NCBI GenBank assembly: GCA_026025795.1
Contig: JAPEUG010000079.1
Location: forward strand, 1 to 53,630
Direction of reading: 5' to 3'
DNA from: Thelocarpon superellum
Lineage: Eukaryota
DNA length: 53,630 nt
Part shown: piece by piece, positions 36,601-50,462 of the stretch
Layout of the letters: every line of letters begins with the position of its first letter
How positions within the stretch are numbered: the first letter of the stretch is position 1
Notes under the pieces: model-generated
The model's database searches: none
The model's input: the letters and a program-made list of their open reading frames with translations, nothing else
What the model was told of the DNA's origin: nothing
Made by a program: the position numbers and the translations under genes

Positions 36601-37231
36601 CTTGACTGCACTTCTCCTTGGTAGCGCAGGTGATGTTTGCCGAGAGAGGAGCTTACTCTTCGGTGGTAGATCTCACGCTCTCGTCGGTGAGGAAGAGCTT
36701 TTCACTGGGAAGTTCTCGCCATCTGGAGACGGTGGGTGACGGCAGAAGTGGAGGTACCGTGCGGATGGGAGCGTCAGGTATAGCATGCGTCAGGCGTGCT
36801 GCACGTATGCCGCGGACGAAGATCTCACAGCGGCCGAGAAGATGAATTGATTTATCGCGAGAGCTTCATGGTTTGTGCCAACTCGACAGTATGATATGGC
36901 AGCAACATGACGAAGAAAAGTCATCAGGATATGACCGGCCGCACCATCGATTTCCAAAGCGGAAGTCGGTTGGTAAAGAAACAAGACGGGCGATGCAAGA
37001 TGAGCCAGCATTCCCGGTCTCCAGCAAAGACCACAAAGCCCCAGCCGATCCTCCGAGTCCGGTGGCCATCTGCAAGGGACGGGGGACGACAGGCTGTCCG
37101 GGTAGCAACGCATTCCAGGCAAGTTAACATGACGCAGCTGACCTGCCCGATTGCCAGCCCCGACTGATACCGGCGCCTCCGCATTCTTCAGATTGTTCGT
37201 GGCTGGATATTCGTCCGAATCCGCGGGCCAC

Positions 37232-37291
37232 ATGCTTGAGAGATCCTCTGCCGATGGATGCTTGAGAGATCCTCTGCCGATGGATGCTTGA
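37232..37291. repeat. Perfect 26-bp tandem duplication (2.3 copies)
   Basis: ATGCTTGAGAGATCCTCTGCCGATGG at 37232-37257 and 37258-37283, plus ATGCTTGA. Confidence 0.9.
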
Positions 37292-38707
37292 CAGGTGCTG
37301 CTCTGCCATGACATGATCCGTTACACTGCATCCCAGCTCGCTAGAACCGAAGATTGGCGTTAGCTAAGCAGAGCCGCAGCCACTGCTGACGGACCCAAAT
37401 CCTTTGCTTACCGAAGCGTGACAGCGAATTGACTGCATCAACGTAGCGATGGCTACCGCCACCGCCAAAGAGGGGTAAATCGAGCGAAGGACGTGCGGGC
37501 GGGCCGTCAAACCCGGCAACGGTGCTCATCTGTTTCTGACTCCTACCCCTCTATCCAAATTGCCTCGAGCGTGGTCCACCCTACCGGACGCCGCTCCAAA
37601 TACCGCGCATCATGCCTCAAGACATGTGCCACCTTTGACCGTCAGTGGTCTCGTGGGGATGATATTGCAGGGATCTGGCGCGATTGAGAGTCGAGTGTAC
37701 GATCTTGATTGGAGAGAAGACGAACAGAGACGGACAACTGGCAAGCAGAGTTCGCTAGAGTAGCATATTTCAGTGAGGCTGAAGAGCGACGGTGGCAATT
37801 GATCCCATGGCGCTGGCATCGGAACCCTGCAACCTCCCACGATCGACGAACGGAGGCGTCGTGGTGCATTGGTATGATCGTAGCACTGGTAGCAGTATGC
37901 AGGGCAGGACGCCGGATGGGTCTCACCTCCGTCAGTGCACGCCGATCTCCGGCCATGCCGCAGGCAAAGACGTGGATGACTTCTCGATTCCTTCTGGTGC
38001 CTGGTACCCCGCCAACGGCGCGCTTTCGCCCCTGTCCAGCACTAGACCCTCGGCTGTCGGCGGGTGCCAGACACGACCCCTCCAAAGCCCCACCATGAGT
38101 CTGTCGACAGGTCTGAGGGCCCACAGCTTGCCCACCTATCGATCACCTCGATCACCTCGGACCACTCGTCCCAAAGCATCAGACCCGGTGATCAATAATG
38201 CCAGCTGCAATTTGGTTTCAAACCGCAGAACAAAAATCGGTGGGGGCTGCTCGCCAGGCGTCGTAGCCACTCGTCCGATGGGTCAGGTAAGGCCAAGGGC
38301 CGGTACAAGGAAAATTGGGAGCAAGGACCGACGAAACCACCCAACCAGGTTCTTCGGTGAGGAGCTAACGAGGTACGGATAGTTTGCTAAGGCCGTGTGC
38401 CGTTAGAAGTCCCTCAGACGATGAGCTGCGTGGGGATTGGGGGATGTGAGGCGCCGTGGACGCCCCACTATTATACCCGATGAGCTGCAGCTCCGACCGC
38501 CTTCGTAAGGAGCATGAGGCACCACAGACGAGAGAGACACGAGGACGTGGTAAAGCATTTATAAGTACCTAGACCGCTCACCGCGCGGGCAATCATCGTC
38601 ACCGACGTGTGCCTGGCTTTTATCCTCTCCACTTCTTGCTCCGTACATCCTGCCAAATTCAACTCACCAGAAACTCGCTCGTAATCCTCTCGCTACCACT
38701 CGCCATC

Positions 38708-39846
<1,139 letters not shown>

Positions 39847-40330
39847 ATCAATCCAGCCCCCACAGCTGCTCGTCAGAGCCGATGATTTCGACCGATGCGT
39901 GAAAAGCTATGGACATGAACATAATTTATCCCGGCAAAATGACAATCGAGGACCACGAGGACGACGGTAGCAGTGGCACGGGCGATGGAGACGGAGAGAC
40001 AAGCGAGACAGATCAACTAGCCTGCAGGCGTCCAGACAGACATGCTCAGGCCCGAGCTGATTAGAATGGCACCTAGGCGATTGATAAATTGACATACTAC
40101 TGCAAGGGCTCTGGTCTCTATGAATCCTTTCCATGCGTCCGTGTGCCCAAGGCATGACTTATCGGGTAGCTGACCTCTAGCAACACCACAACTCGCAAGG
40201 CCACCGCACGTTTTACTCCTGAGATAATCACTCGCCGCGGTCACGACGTTGATGCGCGACTCGTCTCGACTCAACCGGTCTCATCGCATATGGCCCCCAC
40301 CTGGGCCGTGCCGTGTATTGCTCTTCTCGA

Positions 40331-42258
40331 TCACAGCGTGTAGATGAAGTCGGGACTGCATCCAATCAGCGAGCGGCTCCGACATAGCCCAAGTACGTGG
40401 AATGTCGCGACATGGCAAGACGGGGCCGAGGAAAGACAGGGAGACAAACCGCTGATCACCCAGCATCTCAATCTCGCGCTCCGTCTTCCCTTGGATCCAA
40501 GGGTCGCGCACACCAGCACGACGCTTGGCGTTCTCCCGACGGAGGAGGAGATGCTGCAGTACGGAGCCGCCAAAGAGGAAGATCACCAGGTAGCCGATCA
40601 AGATACCGTGGCCCTTCAAGTACCGCGGGGCGTCTTGAGCGCGGTAGATGTTACTGCTGACCACGCCGTTGAGATTTCCCCACCCGATGACCAGACCGAG
40701 CGTGACTCCGCGCTTGTACACGCCTTCCACGTTGTTGCTGGTCCATGAGATTGTGTTCGCGATGCACGGATAGATCCCCATGGCGCCCAGGAACGTTCCC
40801 GCGTATTGCACTGCTGGCTTTTCGCTCGCGAGCACCATCGCGAATCCGCTGGCTCCAATGAGAGAGACGCCGATGTTGAAGATGCCGCGCTGCCCGGTAC
40901 GGTCGGCCAGGTAGCCGACGGATATGGTGAGAATGGCGGCGGCGGCGTACGGCGGCACAGAGAGCAGCTGTGCTTTGTTGGCCGTGTATCCGAGATCCTT
41001 GATGATGGTCGGCAGGAACAGCGAGAAGGCGTACAGCGCCACGTCGGTGCCCATGAAGATGGCCATGCCCGTCCATGTCTTCCAGTCACGCAGGCTAGCC
41101 CACACGTACGCCATCTTGAATTCCTCGTGCTCGGCGCTCGATTGCTTGTCTTCTCTGAGACGCCGAATGACTCGCGCCCGATCGACGTCCGACAGAAATC
41201 GGGCATCATCGGGAAAGTCGTGCACCATGCAGAAGGCGACCAAACCAATGACGACAGTGGCTAGACCTTCCAGGATCTACGTTGGCCCGTGTTAGCGTGC
41301 TTGACAAACAGAACGTGGGTGATTGAAGTGGGGGTGACGGACGAAGATCCATGCCCAGCCGTGTTTACCCCCAACGCCGCTCATCGAGCTAATGGCTGCG
41401 GCCAGCAGTCCGCCAAACGAGCCCGATACCGCGGCGGCAGAGAAGAAGATGGCGATGCGAAGGCCAATCTCGGACCGCTTGTACCAGCACGACAGATAGT
41501 AGATGATTCCCGGGAACAGGCCCGCTTCAGCCATACCTAAGAACCAACGGGCGGCCATCAGCCCTGACCAATTGTGCACCAGGCCCATCATCGTCATCAC
41601 CAGGCCCCACAGCACCATGGTGGTCGGAATGAAGATTGATGGGCGAAGGCGCTTGAGCAAGATATTGGTCAATGGTTCACAGAGTGCGTACGACACCTGA
41701 ATTGGATTTTCATCAGCAAGGGCACAGCCATCACGGGTCCTTGGGACGAGCTCACGAAGAAGATGCTGAGGGCAGCAGAGTATTGACCATTGGTAAGGTG
41801 CAGATCTTCTGTCAGGCCCTCAATCTTGGCATTTCCCTGTGCGAGTGAGCTAGGGCTGGACCCGGGATCCATGATGCCTCACTCACAATGTTGGTGCGGT
41901 CAAGGAACGAAGCTAGATAGAGGAGACAGAGCTGGGTCGCCAATCAGACGTTCGTCTCTTCTCGCCACGGCCTGAGAGAGGTCGTTGACCCACCCAGGGG
42001 ATCAAGCGAAGATCGAGCTTCCTCACGAGCTTTCGATCCTGCAGAGCGCAGCATGTCAACCTACACGTCGATGACTCTTGCTCAGGGTAGCTGGCTCACT
42101 ATCTGCGCACGGTCGGCTGCGGTCAATGACGCGTCAGTGTCGACCAACTGAGGGAACTCCTGACGCGCCACAGCGTTCGAGTCATGCTCGCTCCCAATGT
42201 CCTTTTCGTCTACAGTGAGGCTCCTCACGGACTTGACGTGGTTGTCAAGAGTCTTCAT
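40331..42258 (-). CDS. MFS transporter, anion:cation symporter (Tna1/Dal5-like) family
   Basis: RKLDLRLIPW|LCLLYLASFLDRTNI|GNAKI, RWFLGMAEAGLFPG, WYKRSE, WAWIF|ILEG, AQLLSVPPY, R|PDFIYTL*. Six introns. Confidence 0.93.
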
Positions 42259-43930
42259 GATGGCTGTGCAGGGATGGCTGATGCAGCGGTAAGCACGTTG
42301 GAACAAAGGACACGAAGATGAAGAGAGATGAAGGTGCATGCACAGCAGCAACAGCCCTCACAGGAGTACAGACGCGAAGCCAGCGACTACCCGTCCATGG
42401 TCCATTTCAACCGTCCGTGGGGAAGTGCGCGCCAAGTCTTGCTACATGCTCTGCTCTGGAACATGGAGCCAGCTTGCGGAGCATAACCACCCCACACCCA
42501 CTCATTCTCGAGAGAAGAGCGCGGGAAAAGGTGAGTCTTGCCGTGCTCGGCGGTCATGGCGTATCGGCATCTGGTCACCATCGCCTAGAAGGTCAGACGC
42601 ATGGCTGGTCAGTACCATGTCGAAGACCCAGAACTCAACCTTGTGGCGTCGATGTTCGATTTCTGCCACGCAGGTTACACCCAACGGTTCGCCCACGCCG
42701 CGGCCCACCACCGGAGGTTCTCCGCCGTCCTCGGAGGTTCCCCTCGGTTAGGAATTCAAGAAACAGGGGGCCGTCCGGCGCCAGGGTGGCCCGTCAGCAA
42801 TCAGCAGTACGTGGGGGCGCTGGGCTTGTCCGACAGGAACGCGGTCAGCATTGTACGACGCGGATGTGGTCATGAGTTCTCCGCCCGTGCGGCAATGCCG
42901 ACGTGGGCAACACAAAGTCGGCAGGATGCGGCGACGATGTGGTGATAGGTGTAGACTCGATTGGGCTAGGTTCGCTTGACTCAATCGTCAGGTCGTACCG
43001 GGAGACCTCCTTGCCTCTTGACTCCGCCATTCTTTTCGCCAGGCGCGCAGCTCACGCCCGCCCTCGTGGTCATCCCATGCATCGTCCCGTGCGTTACGCG
43101 ATGGTCATCAAGAAGGTCTCTGTCCCAGCCTCGTGAATTCTAGAGCCATCGCCAGTGCTCGAGGGCAATCTAGGTGTCTGCGCGTCCTCGGCATGCGAAG
43201 CGCCGGGTGGTCCGTCAGGCAGGGTCAAAGCCTGGATTGTGCCTCGTACAAAGTACTCCGTACTTCGCACATCGGCCATAGCCGAGTGAGGGACAGGTAT
43301 CTTTGCTCCTGCCCTGGCCGTACGGAAGAGTTCTTGGTACTGGACCTTACCACTACGTCCATGCCCCGGGGCCCATTCTCCAACCCTTCATGCACCGGCA
43401 TGGTGAATCTGGTCAGCACGGGCCGAAGCTCGTGTCGCCTCGTTCGTCTTCGGGCTGTCCACAGATCTCATGCAGGACCAAACCCAAGGCATGGCCGTCA
43501 TCCGTAGCTGAGGCTGAGGTGGGACTTCAACCTCGCCTTGGGCGATCATGACAGGCATCGGGTTTTGTGCGCGTGCGAGTGCAAGTGCCTCTCACGCATC
43601 TAACGATACGGCTTACTTTCCCTTTCCAACATTGGTGCTCCCCACCAGAGGGCAGACTCTCTTTCTCGGGCCAGGAGAGGTGACTGTTCCTTCTACCGTG
43701 CTCTGTCGGAGGGGGAGATGGCAGGAGCTGGAGATGCGGAGACAGGTTGCGTGACCACGCTTGCTTTGTGAGCTTTATGAAGTCAAGGATCCACCATCAG
43801 CGATCAAGTGAATGATGTCCACGTCCGCAATTGAGTTCATCCAACCGCGTCTCTTGTACTTCATTCTCGAAGCCGTAACGCATCGTCGTGTCCCTCAATT
43901 CGTGACCACCAGCCCAGTGAGCCCACCAGC

Positions 43931-45267
43931 ATGTCCGGCCCCACGCATTTGCAGCAGGTGGAGCTGCGGATCACGGAGCGGGTCTGCTCGGTGCTCTCAC
44001 TGACGGGCATCACATTCATCATCTTGACCTTCAGCATCTCGCCCGCCTTCCGCAAGCCGATCAATCGCTTGATCGTGTACGCGTGCTGCGGCAACCTGAT
44101 CGCCAACATCGCGACGATGATGTCGACGGTGGCAATCCACGAGGGCGCCAACTCCACGCTCTGTCAGCTGCAGGCCTTCATGATCCAGTGGTGAGGCACG
44201 CATCGTTCGTCTGCCCGTCACCACGGCTGACGTGACGGCAGGTTCCTGGCGGCCGACGCGCTGTGGGCGCTGGCGATGGCGTGCAACGTCTACCTGACCT
44301 TCTTCCGACGCTTCGATCAGCATCAGCTACGAGCGCTGGAGTGGAAGTATCTGCTGCTCTGCAACGGCGTTCCAGCCATTCCGGCCTTTGTCTTCTTGTT
44401 CATTCAGAATGATCAGGGCACGAAGCTGTATGGGCCGGCTGTGGTACGCATGTCTTATGTGCGCTGGGGGCTCGTGATGCCGGCTCGTCTGACGATGGTG
44501 GTAGATCTGGTGCTGGATCTCCAATGACTGGGCCTATCTGCGCGTCGCGACCTTCTATGGACCCATCTGGTGAGTGCGTCATCGAGGGTCACCGGTCTGA
44601 CGGAACTGATGGAGGACGTAGGATTATCATGCTCGCGACCTTTTCCATCTGGATCTATGCGGGCCTCGAGATCTTCAAGAAGCGCCGACAGCTCAAGAAC
44701 TTTTCCGACCCCCGCTTCGATCGATTCGCGCACGTGGAGGGCGCATTGAAAAACAGCAAGACCACGGTGGTGGAGATCACGAGCGAGCCCATGCAAGCGC
44801 TGGTGGCGCCAGCGGCGGAGGTGTCGTCGAAGCGTCACAATTACCAGCCCTACTCCATCACGATCAAATCGAGTGGGACGAGCAGCGGCGGCCTGGGCCA
44901 TGGACGTACGCGCACGCCGGGTCGGGTCCGGGCGGTCGACGCCAACGTGGCGGCTTGGGGCTACGCTCGCGTTGCATTCTTCTTCTTCCTGGCCATGCTG
45001 GTCACTTACGTAGGTCACGGCCATGTCCCGGACATGTGGCGACCCCACTCCCGGAGTGCTGATGGGTCTCTCCAGGTGCCGTCGAGTGTCAACCGCATGT
45101 ACGGCCTGGCACACCCAGACAAATTCAACTTTCCGTTGCAATGGGTGACGTCGATGGTGATGCCGCTTCAGGGATTCTGGAACTCTATCATCTACATCTC
45201 TACCTCGATCCCGGCCTGTCGTGCGCTATGGTATCGTGCCAAAGAGAGTGTCTGCTGTGCTCACTGA
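43931..45267 (+). CDS. cAMP receptor-like G-protein-coupled receptor
   Basis: ERVCSVLSL, FRKPINRLIVYA, CQLQAFMIQW|F, MACNVYLTF, YGPAV|IWCWIS, VPSSVNR, PLQGFWNSIIY. Four introns. A further 40-nt intron (45231-45270) could move the stop to about 45343. Confidence 0.9.
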
Positions 45268-45551
45268 CAGGTTGACGGGAACGGCATCGGGGCCTTCGCA
45301 TGGTGAGGGAGGATTCCAGAGGGCCAATGGCCAACTGGGCTGACGTTGACGGGGAGCACAACACATGATTGAACGAACCGGGTTCATTTGCAGAGCTTCG
45401 GCCTTGGGCAGGGATGGCCTTTGACTCAAAAGGCGTTTGCCGCCGGACAAGCATCCGGTGGAATTCCATACGTAAGCGGCGCGGTGCGTGCGGATCGGCG
45501 GACGGCGGCCGGCGGCAGCCAATGAAGGATGCGCCACCAGCAGTGCACCAC

Positions 45552-45593
45552 CAGAGCAACAGCAGAGCAACAGCAGAGCACCAGCAGAGCACC
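45552..45593. repeat. 11-bp minisatellite (CAGAGCA[A/C]CAG) x ~3.8
   Basis: cagagcaacag cagagcaacag cagagcaccag cagagcacc. Confidence 0.8.
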
Positions 45594-45642
45594 CAAAATA
45601 GGCGGAGGTGCGCAATATTATGAAATCGATGGCCTGATGTCA

Positions 45643-45676
45643 GGGCGAGGGGCGAGGGGCGAGGGGCGAGGGGCGA
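45643..45676 (+). repeat. (GGGGCGA)n heptamer repeat, G-quadruplex-capable
   Basis: GGGCGA followed by four GGGGCGA units. Confidence 0.85.
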
Positions 45677-46020
45677 GAGGCCAGGGCAGCCGTGTACAGC
45701 CGTGCTCGGCTGGACGGTAGTTGGTAGGCGAAGGCCAACTCAGCCCTACGGTGCATGGCAAAGTATCGCCATGGCACCGCGAACGATCGCATTATGGTAG
45801 AGCCGACGGCTTTCACATGACAGCGGAAAGCGGTGGAGGAAGCGGAAGACGAGAGACTTCATGAGCTGTAGTCATCGCTTGCGGCACTACTACCACACTG
45901 GCAGTAGTTCTGGCCTCCTGGTTGCCGGGGAAGATCTGGGTCCGAGCTCAGGCTGATCCCTGTGCCTGGTGAGGCCTGGCATCGGGCGCTGGCGCCTCTT
46001 CGACCTGTGATCTGTTTCAT

Positions 46021-46044
46021 GACGACGACGACGACGACGACGAC
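46021..46044. repeat. (GAC)8 microsatellite
   Basis: Eight perfect GAC units. Confidence 0.9.
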
Positions 46045-47254
46045 CGATTTGACCGTCATGATGCGCACAATCTACCCATCGAGACGTCGACCGTACCAGA
46101 GTGGGATCCTTCGCCCGTTATGCTCCAGGCGGGCCGGCGGACTTGTCGTTTATCGTAGCTCTGCGAGTAGTCTCGTCCCGGCATAGAGTCGGGCACGGGA
46201 TAGGCGGATCACTCGTGTGCAGATGGATGGGTCGCACTCGGCGCCGGGGCCAGTGGCATTGTCAGGTACCATACAAATCCACATGCTCCTCGGCGCCCGT
46301 GATGGGCGATCGACATGATTACGAATGCCCGTACTCGTACCACCAGCGGAGGATGCAAGTAATTGGAACCTGGGATCCTCGAGCCTTTCTGTTTCATGCG
46401 CCTGGTACCAAGACACGGACGTGCCAGCACGGCGAGCGGCTGGACCCAGATGGGCTGGATGGCCGGCGCACATGTGATGTGGGCTCATGATGACGCTCGC
46501 GAACGAGGGGAGGGGTCGGGGAAGGGTCGGGCTGTGGTAACGGGAAGCGGGCACACCACCCGGCCTGGCAGTTTGCTCGAATGAGGCGCGGTGGGAGGTA
46601 AGTACCAAGTACGTAAGTGCCAGCGTCCAGCGCACGCGCGAGCGAAGAAAACAGAGGGGCCTCCGTTGGCGGGACGGCCTGGCGTGCGGCCTGGGCCAGC
46701 TCCGTTGGGGGAGAGATCGATGGGTCCGACGGGTGGATGGGCGGGGCAGCGGTCAGGCTGGGGACTCGGTTGGCTCGTGACCACGGTCGGTCTCCCTCTT
46801 GCGCGCCGCGGGCTTCACTGGAGGTCGCACGCTCCATGCTCCACGCTCCACGCTACTCGACCGTTTTTCTCTCCCCCCTGGTCGGGCCGCATCAACTTTG
46901 GTCTTCCTTCCTGCCCCTGCAAGCAGCCTCATCCCCGTCTGATCGTGGGGCTAAGACGGAGCCAAAGTCAGCCACCTGGTCGATGCGCCGCTGCAGGGCA
47001 AAACGATCAACACCAGCATCGACGGTCTCATCACATGCATCTGGTCGGCTACCGCAGCACAGACAGCAAAAGGACAAGTACAGCGCGCCGGCACTCGCCC
47101 GTCCATCAGCACCCAGCGCCCAACCGCCAACAATTACCTCACCTCGTCGACCATCGCGGTCTTGCGTCTGCGACATCACATGTGCTTGGCGTGCACCTCG
47201 CACCGCACAGTCAGCGTCGCTTCTCTCCAACGTTGGAATCCCGACGTGCGTGCG

Positions 47255-48977
47255 ATGGAGCACCAGCCGCCTCGACCGCCGGCCCCCCAGTATCCAGGCC
47301 CGGCGTTGACGCAGCGTCCGGAAGGCCCCGCGTCACAACTTAAGAACCTGCCCTCCGTCCCCACCGGTTCCCTACGAACACGGGAGGAGAACGAACGCCC
47401 TACGGCCGAGGACGAACGCGTGACCAGTCCCGAGAATCATCCCGGTGGAGCTGCCAGCGTTCTTTCTATGGACGATCCTGACGTGCGCATCGCCGCCGAA
47501 GCTTTGGGAGACCTCCGTGCCGGTGAGTCTGGACATGTCTAGGCGGGTGAGTTCGAGGATCGGGACTGATGCGTTCGGCCCAGACTTTGTCCAATCTCCC
47601 GCCCAGAAACCCTCGTTGCTGAATAAGGATCCATCGTCGACCCTGGCGGACTCGACGGTGGAGCGTGGCCGACGCCCTTCCCAACAGCCCGAACCCCTCC
47701 TCTCGCTCCTCACGACGTCGCACCCTTTGTTATCGACGGCCATCTCTGGCTCCCTCTCGGCCTACAGCACGTCCAAGTCTTACTCGCCTCGATTCAAGTC
47801 CAGTGCGGAATTTGTGGAGCGGCACATTGGCACGCCTGTCGTCAGCACCGTCGAGACGGTGGGCCGACGCACGGGTGTGGAGGACGGCGTGCGGTGGTGG
47901 CTCGGTAGTCGCCGGCCCAGCGCCGTCCATCCAAGCACCGCGCCGGGCGAGCACGGGGACGAGAACGAGAACGAGAGCGAGAACGAGAACGAGAACGAAG
48001 GGGCGAACAAGCGACGGAAGATCAGCAACGCGACGCACACGAGCATGGATCTCGAGCACGGTCTCTACTCGGGTCTCCACGATTACGGGCAACGGCGACC
48101 GTCGCAGCTGTCGTTCGAATCGCTCCCGGCGTATGACGACAATCGCTCGCCCAAGTACGAGGTGCAGGGGACGCTAGTGACGACGAAGGAGGGCGACGAC
48201 CGGCCTACGCCCGCGTCGACATGGCAGTCTCGTCTGATCTTGTCCACGTCGGGTCTTGGCGTGGCCATGAGCGAGGAATCGTTGCGCAGCCTCAAATACT
48301 GCCTCACCTGGCTCCGATGGGCCAACGTCCACTTGGGCAAAGTCATCATCGCGCTGAAGAACGTGCTCGAAGACTACGAGCAGTCACAGCGACGCGCGGG
48401 CCCACCCGTCACCGAGCCCCTCTCGCCCGCGTCAACCATCACGGATGGATCGACGCCCAACGACGCCTCGCACGCGGTCGCGCGGCTATCGCATGAGGAC
48501 GCGATACTCTCCCGACGGGTGCAGGATCTCAAGAGCGATGTGCTTCAGACGCTGAAGAAAGTGGTCGACATTGTGTCGAAGTACGCGGGCGGGGCCTTAC
48601 CCGAGAACGCGCGGACCCTCGTGCGACGACACCTCACGTCGCTCCCGCAACGCTTCCGCCTGGCCTCCACCTCCTCCGTAACGAGCGACTCGCTCCGGCC
48701 GGCCTCCGAGACGGTCAGCAGCGCCACCCGGGTCATGGTGCTCGCCAAGGAGGGCCTGGACATGATGGCGCAAGTCAGCAGCGTGCTGGACGGCACCATC
48801 GTCAGCGCGGAAGAATGGTGTGATCGGCTTGGACGGCGCAAGCGCGGTGAGCCGGAGGACGAGGCGTCCAGTGCTCGCGACGTCAAGGGACAGGTTCTCT
48901 GGGCGGGTGAAAGCACGACGAAGATGGACGTGGACGAGGATTCGATAGATCCTAAGATGAAGGACGACGACCTCTGA
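47255..48977 (+). CDS. Opi1-family transcriptional regulator (clock-controlled protein CCG-8-like)
   Basis: DDPDVRIAAEALGDLRA|D, MSEESLRSLKYCLTWLRWAN, LKKVVDIVSKYAGGALPENAR, VLAKEGLDMM. Intron 47523-47583. Confidence 0.9.
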
Positions 48978-50064
48978 AAAAGGGGGGCATGAATTGAGTT
49001 TTTCGTCTGTCGAGGACGGCGATCTATGGCTTCAACGATTGAAAAGGCGCCATCAAAGGGCGGATGAAGGACGGATGAGGAATGAATGATATGACGACGG
49101 ATACATGGGGCGGGTGGATGTTTTTGTGGTCAAGAAACTCTCCGATGTCGGTGCTCCCATCTTCTGTACGGCTTCAAGAGACGGAGAGGAAGGGGAAAAG
49201 GAAGAGAAGGGCGTCAGAGAGCGGAGTGCCAGCATTGGCTTGATCTGGCTTGGTAGACCTGTCTCGCTTTACCTCTCTCGACCTCTTCGGACGAATGTAT
49301 AAAATGCGCATCGGCTCTAAATGTCTAAGATCCTGTTCTCGGGGAAGGTTCCGGATCTGCTTGCCAGGCCGTTCAGGATCGTGGAGGACTCGGCGGTGCA
49401 TGTCCCCTCCGACAGCCGAGCCATTGCACGTGATTTGAATCTACCTGTCCCCGCTCATCTTACCTAGACCTTCAGCTGCAAAGCCAACGGGATTTTCGGC
49501 AGTCTCCCTAACTGAAGACATTCCCGGGATCCCGGGTCGAGCGGAGAATCGTCAGCACGCCCAACCTCGTACTTCTGCGCATCATTGTCACCTATAGTGG
49601 ACGAGGCAGGATCCTCCTGATGTACCCCAGAATGTAGTCTGAAGCGGGTGGTCTATTCGACAGAAGCTCTTCGGCGAGCTATCATTATTGCGCACGGGGA
49701 ATACAGCTTAGATGATGTTGAGGCTAACATAGCTATTGACACTCTTCTTGGGTCTCTTTATCCGAAACATACGGGAACCCATAAGGCGGCATTCCCTGTC
49801 CTGCCTTCCCGTGACCAACCACTGAGTATCTCATCTTCCAACACCTCGCCTGGTGACTAAGTCCGCTCGTTTACGATTCCCTTTCCTCTCCTAAGAATCA
49901 GTGTTACGAATGCGTACCCCGTTACTAATTAATTAATTGAACAAACGTCACAATGAAACGCTTCCACAGCCCACGATGGACGGAGAATATTTGGTCCCAC
50001 ATCAGGACATTCGTACCTAGGTGATAGCAAACAACGCTCTCTCTCTCTCACACATTCTCCTACC

Positions 50065-50331
50065 ATGTCGAAGCCTCTTTTCTTCTCCCCGGCAATGCCA
50101 TTCCGACCACCCTTTGACGCCCAGAAGAATATCGAAACCCTTCGTCAATACATGGACCCCAACAATGCCGAGTTCAAAGGCGAAGCACAGCTAGCGAACC
50201 TGGCTGCTGCCATCAAGCTTTACGAAGCTGGCGAGCTATCAAAGCGTCGGACATCCTTTGTCGATGGCAAGGTCGTGACTCTCGATAAACTTCCAGAAGG
50301 CTCAACACCAGTCTGGGGAGTGTTGAGTTGA
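50065..50331 (+). CDS. Small hypothetical protein (possibly first exon or truncated gene)
   Basis: 88-codon ORF with protein-like composition (MPFRPPFDAQKNIETLRQYMDPNN...AAIKLYE), good ATG context (ACCATG) and a CT-rich leader. Confidence 0.55.
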   Translation: MSKPLFFSPAMPFRPPFDAQKNIETLRQYMDPNNAEFKGEAQLANLAAAIKLYEAGELSKRRTSFVDGKVVTLDKLPEGSTPVWGVLS

Positions 50332-50462
50332 AAACGGATGCTTCTGACCGTTCTAAGCACCATCGCATCTGACCTTTGCTAATCATGGATGGCTCCTCAG
50401 CTATTGCAGTCCCGAGACGCCACCATGCTTCCTCCCTCGCCCTCGCCCGCCTTCCGGACCCT

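Noticed and set aside
37232..37291. Direct repeats as a CRISPR-like array
   Set aside because: Adjacent copies with no spacers, in a eukaryotic context.
38185..38210. TPP-riboswitch-like TGATC...TAATGCCAGC
   Set aside because: P5 cannot pair (no CTGG), there is no properly placed CTGAGA/P2-P3, and the adjacent gene is not thiamine-related.
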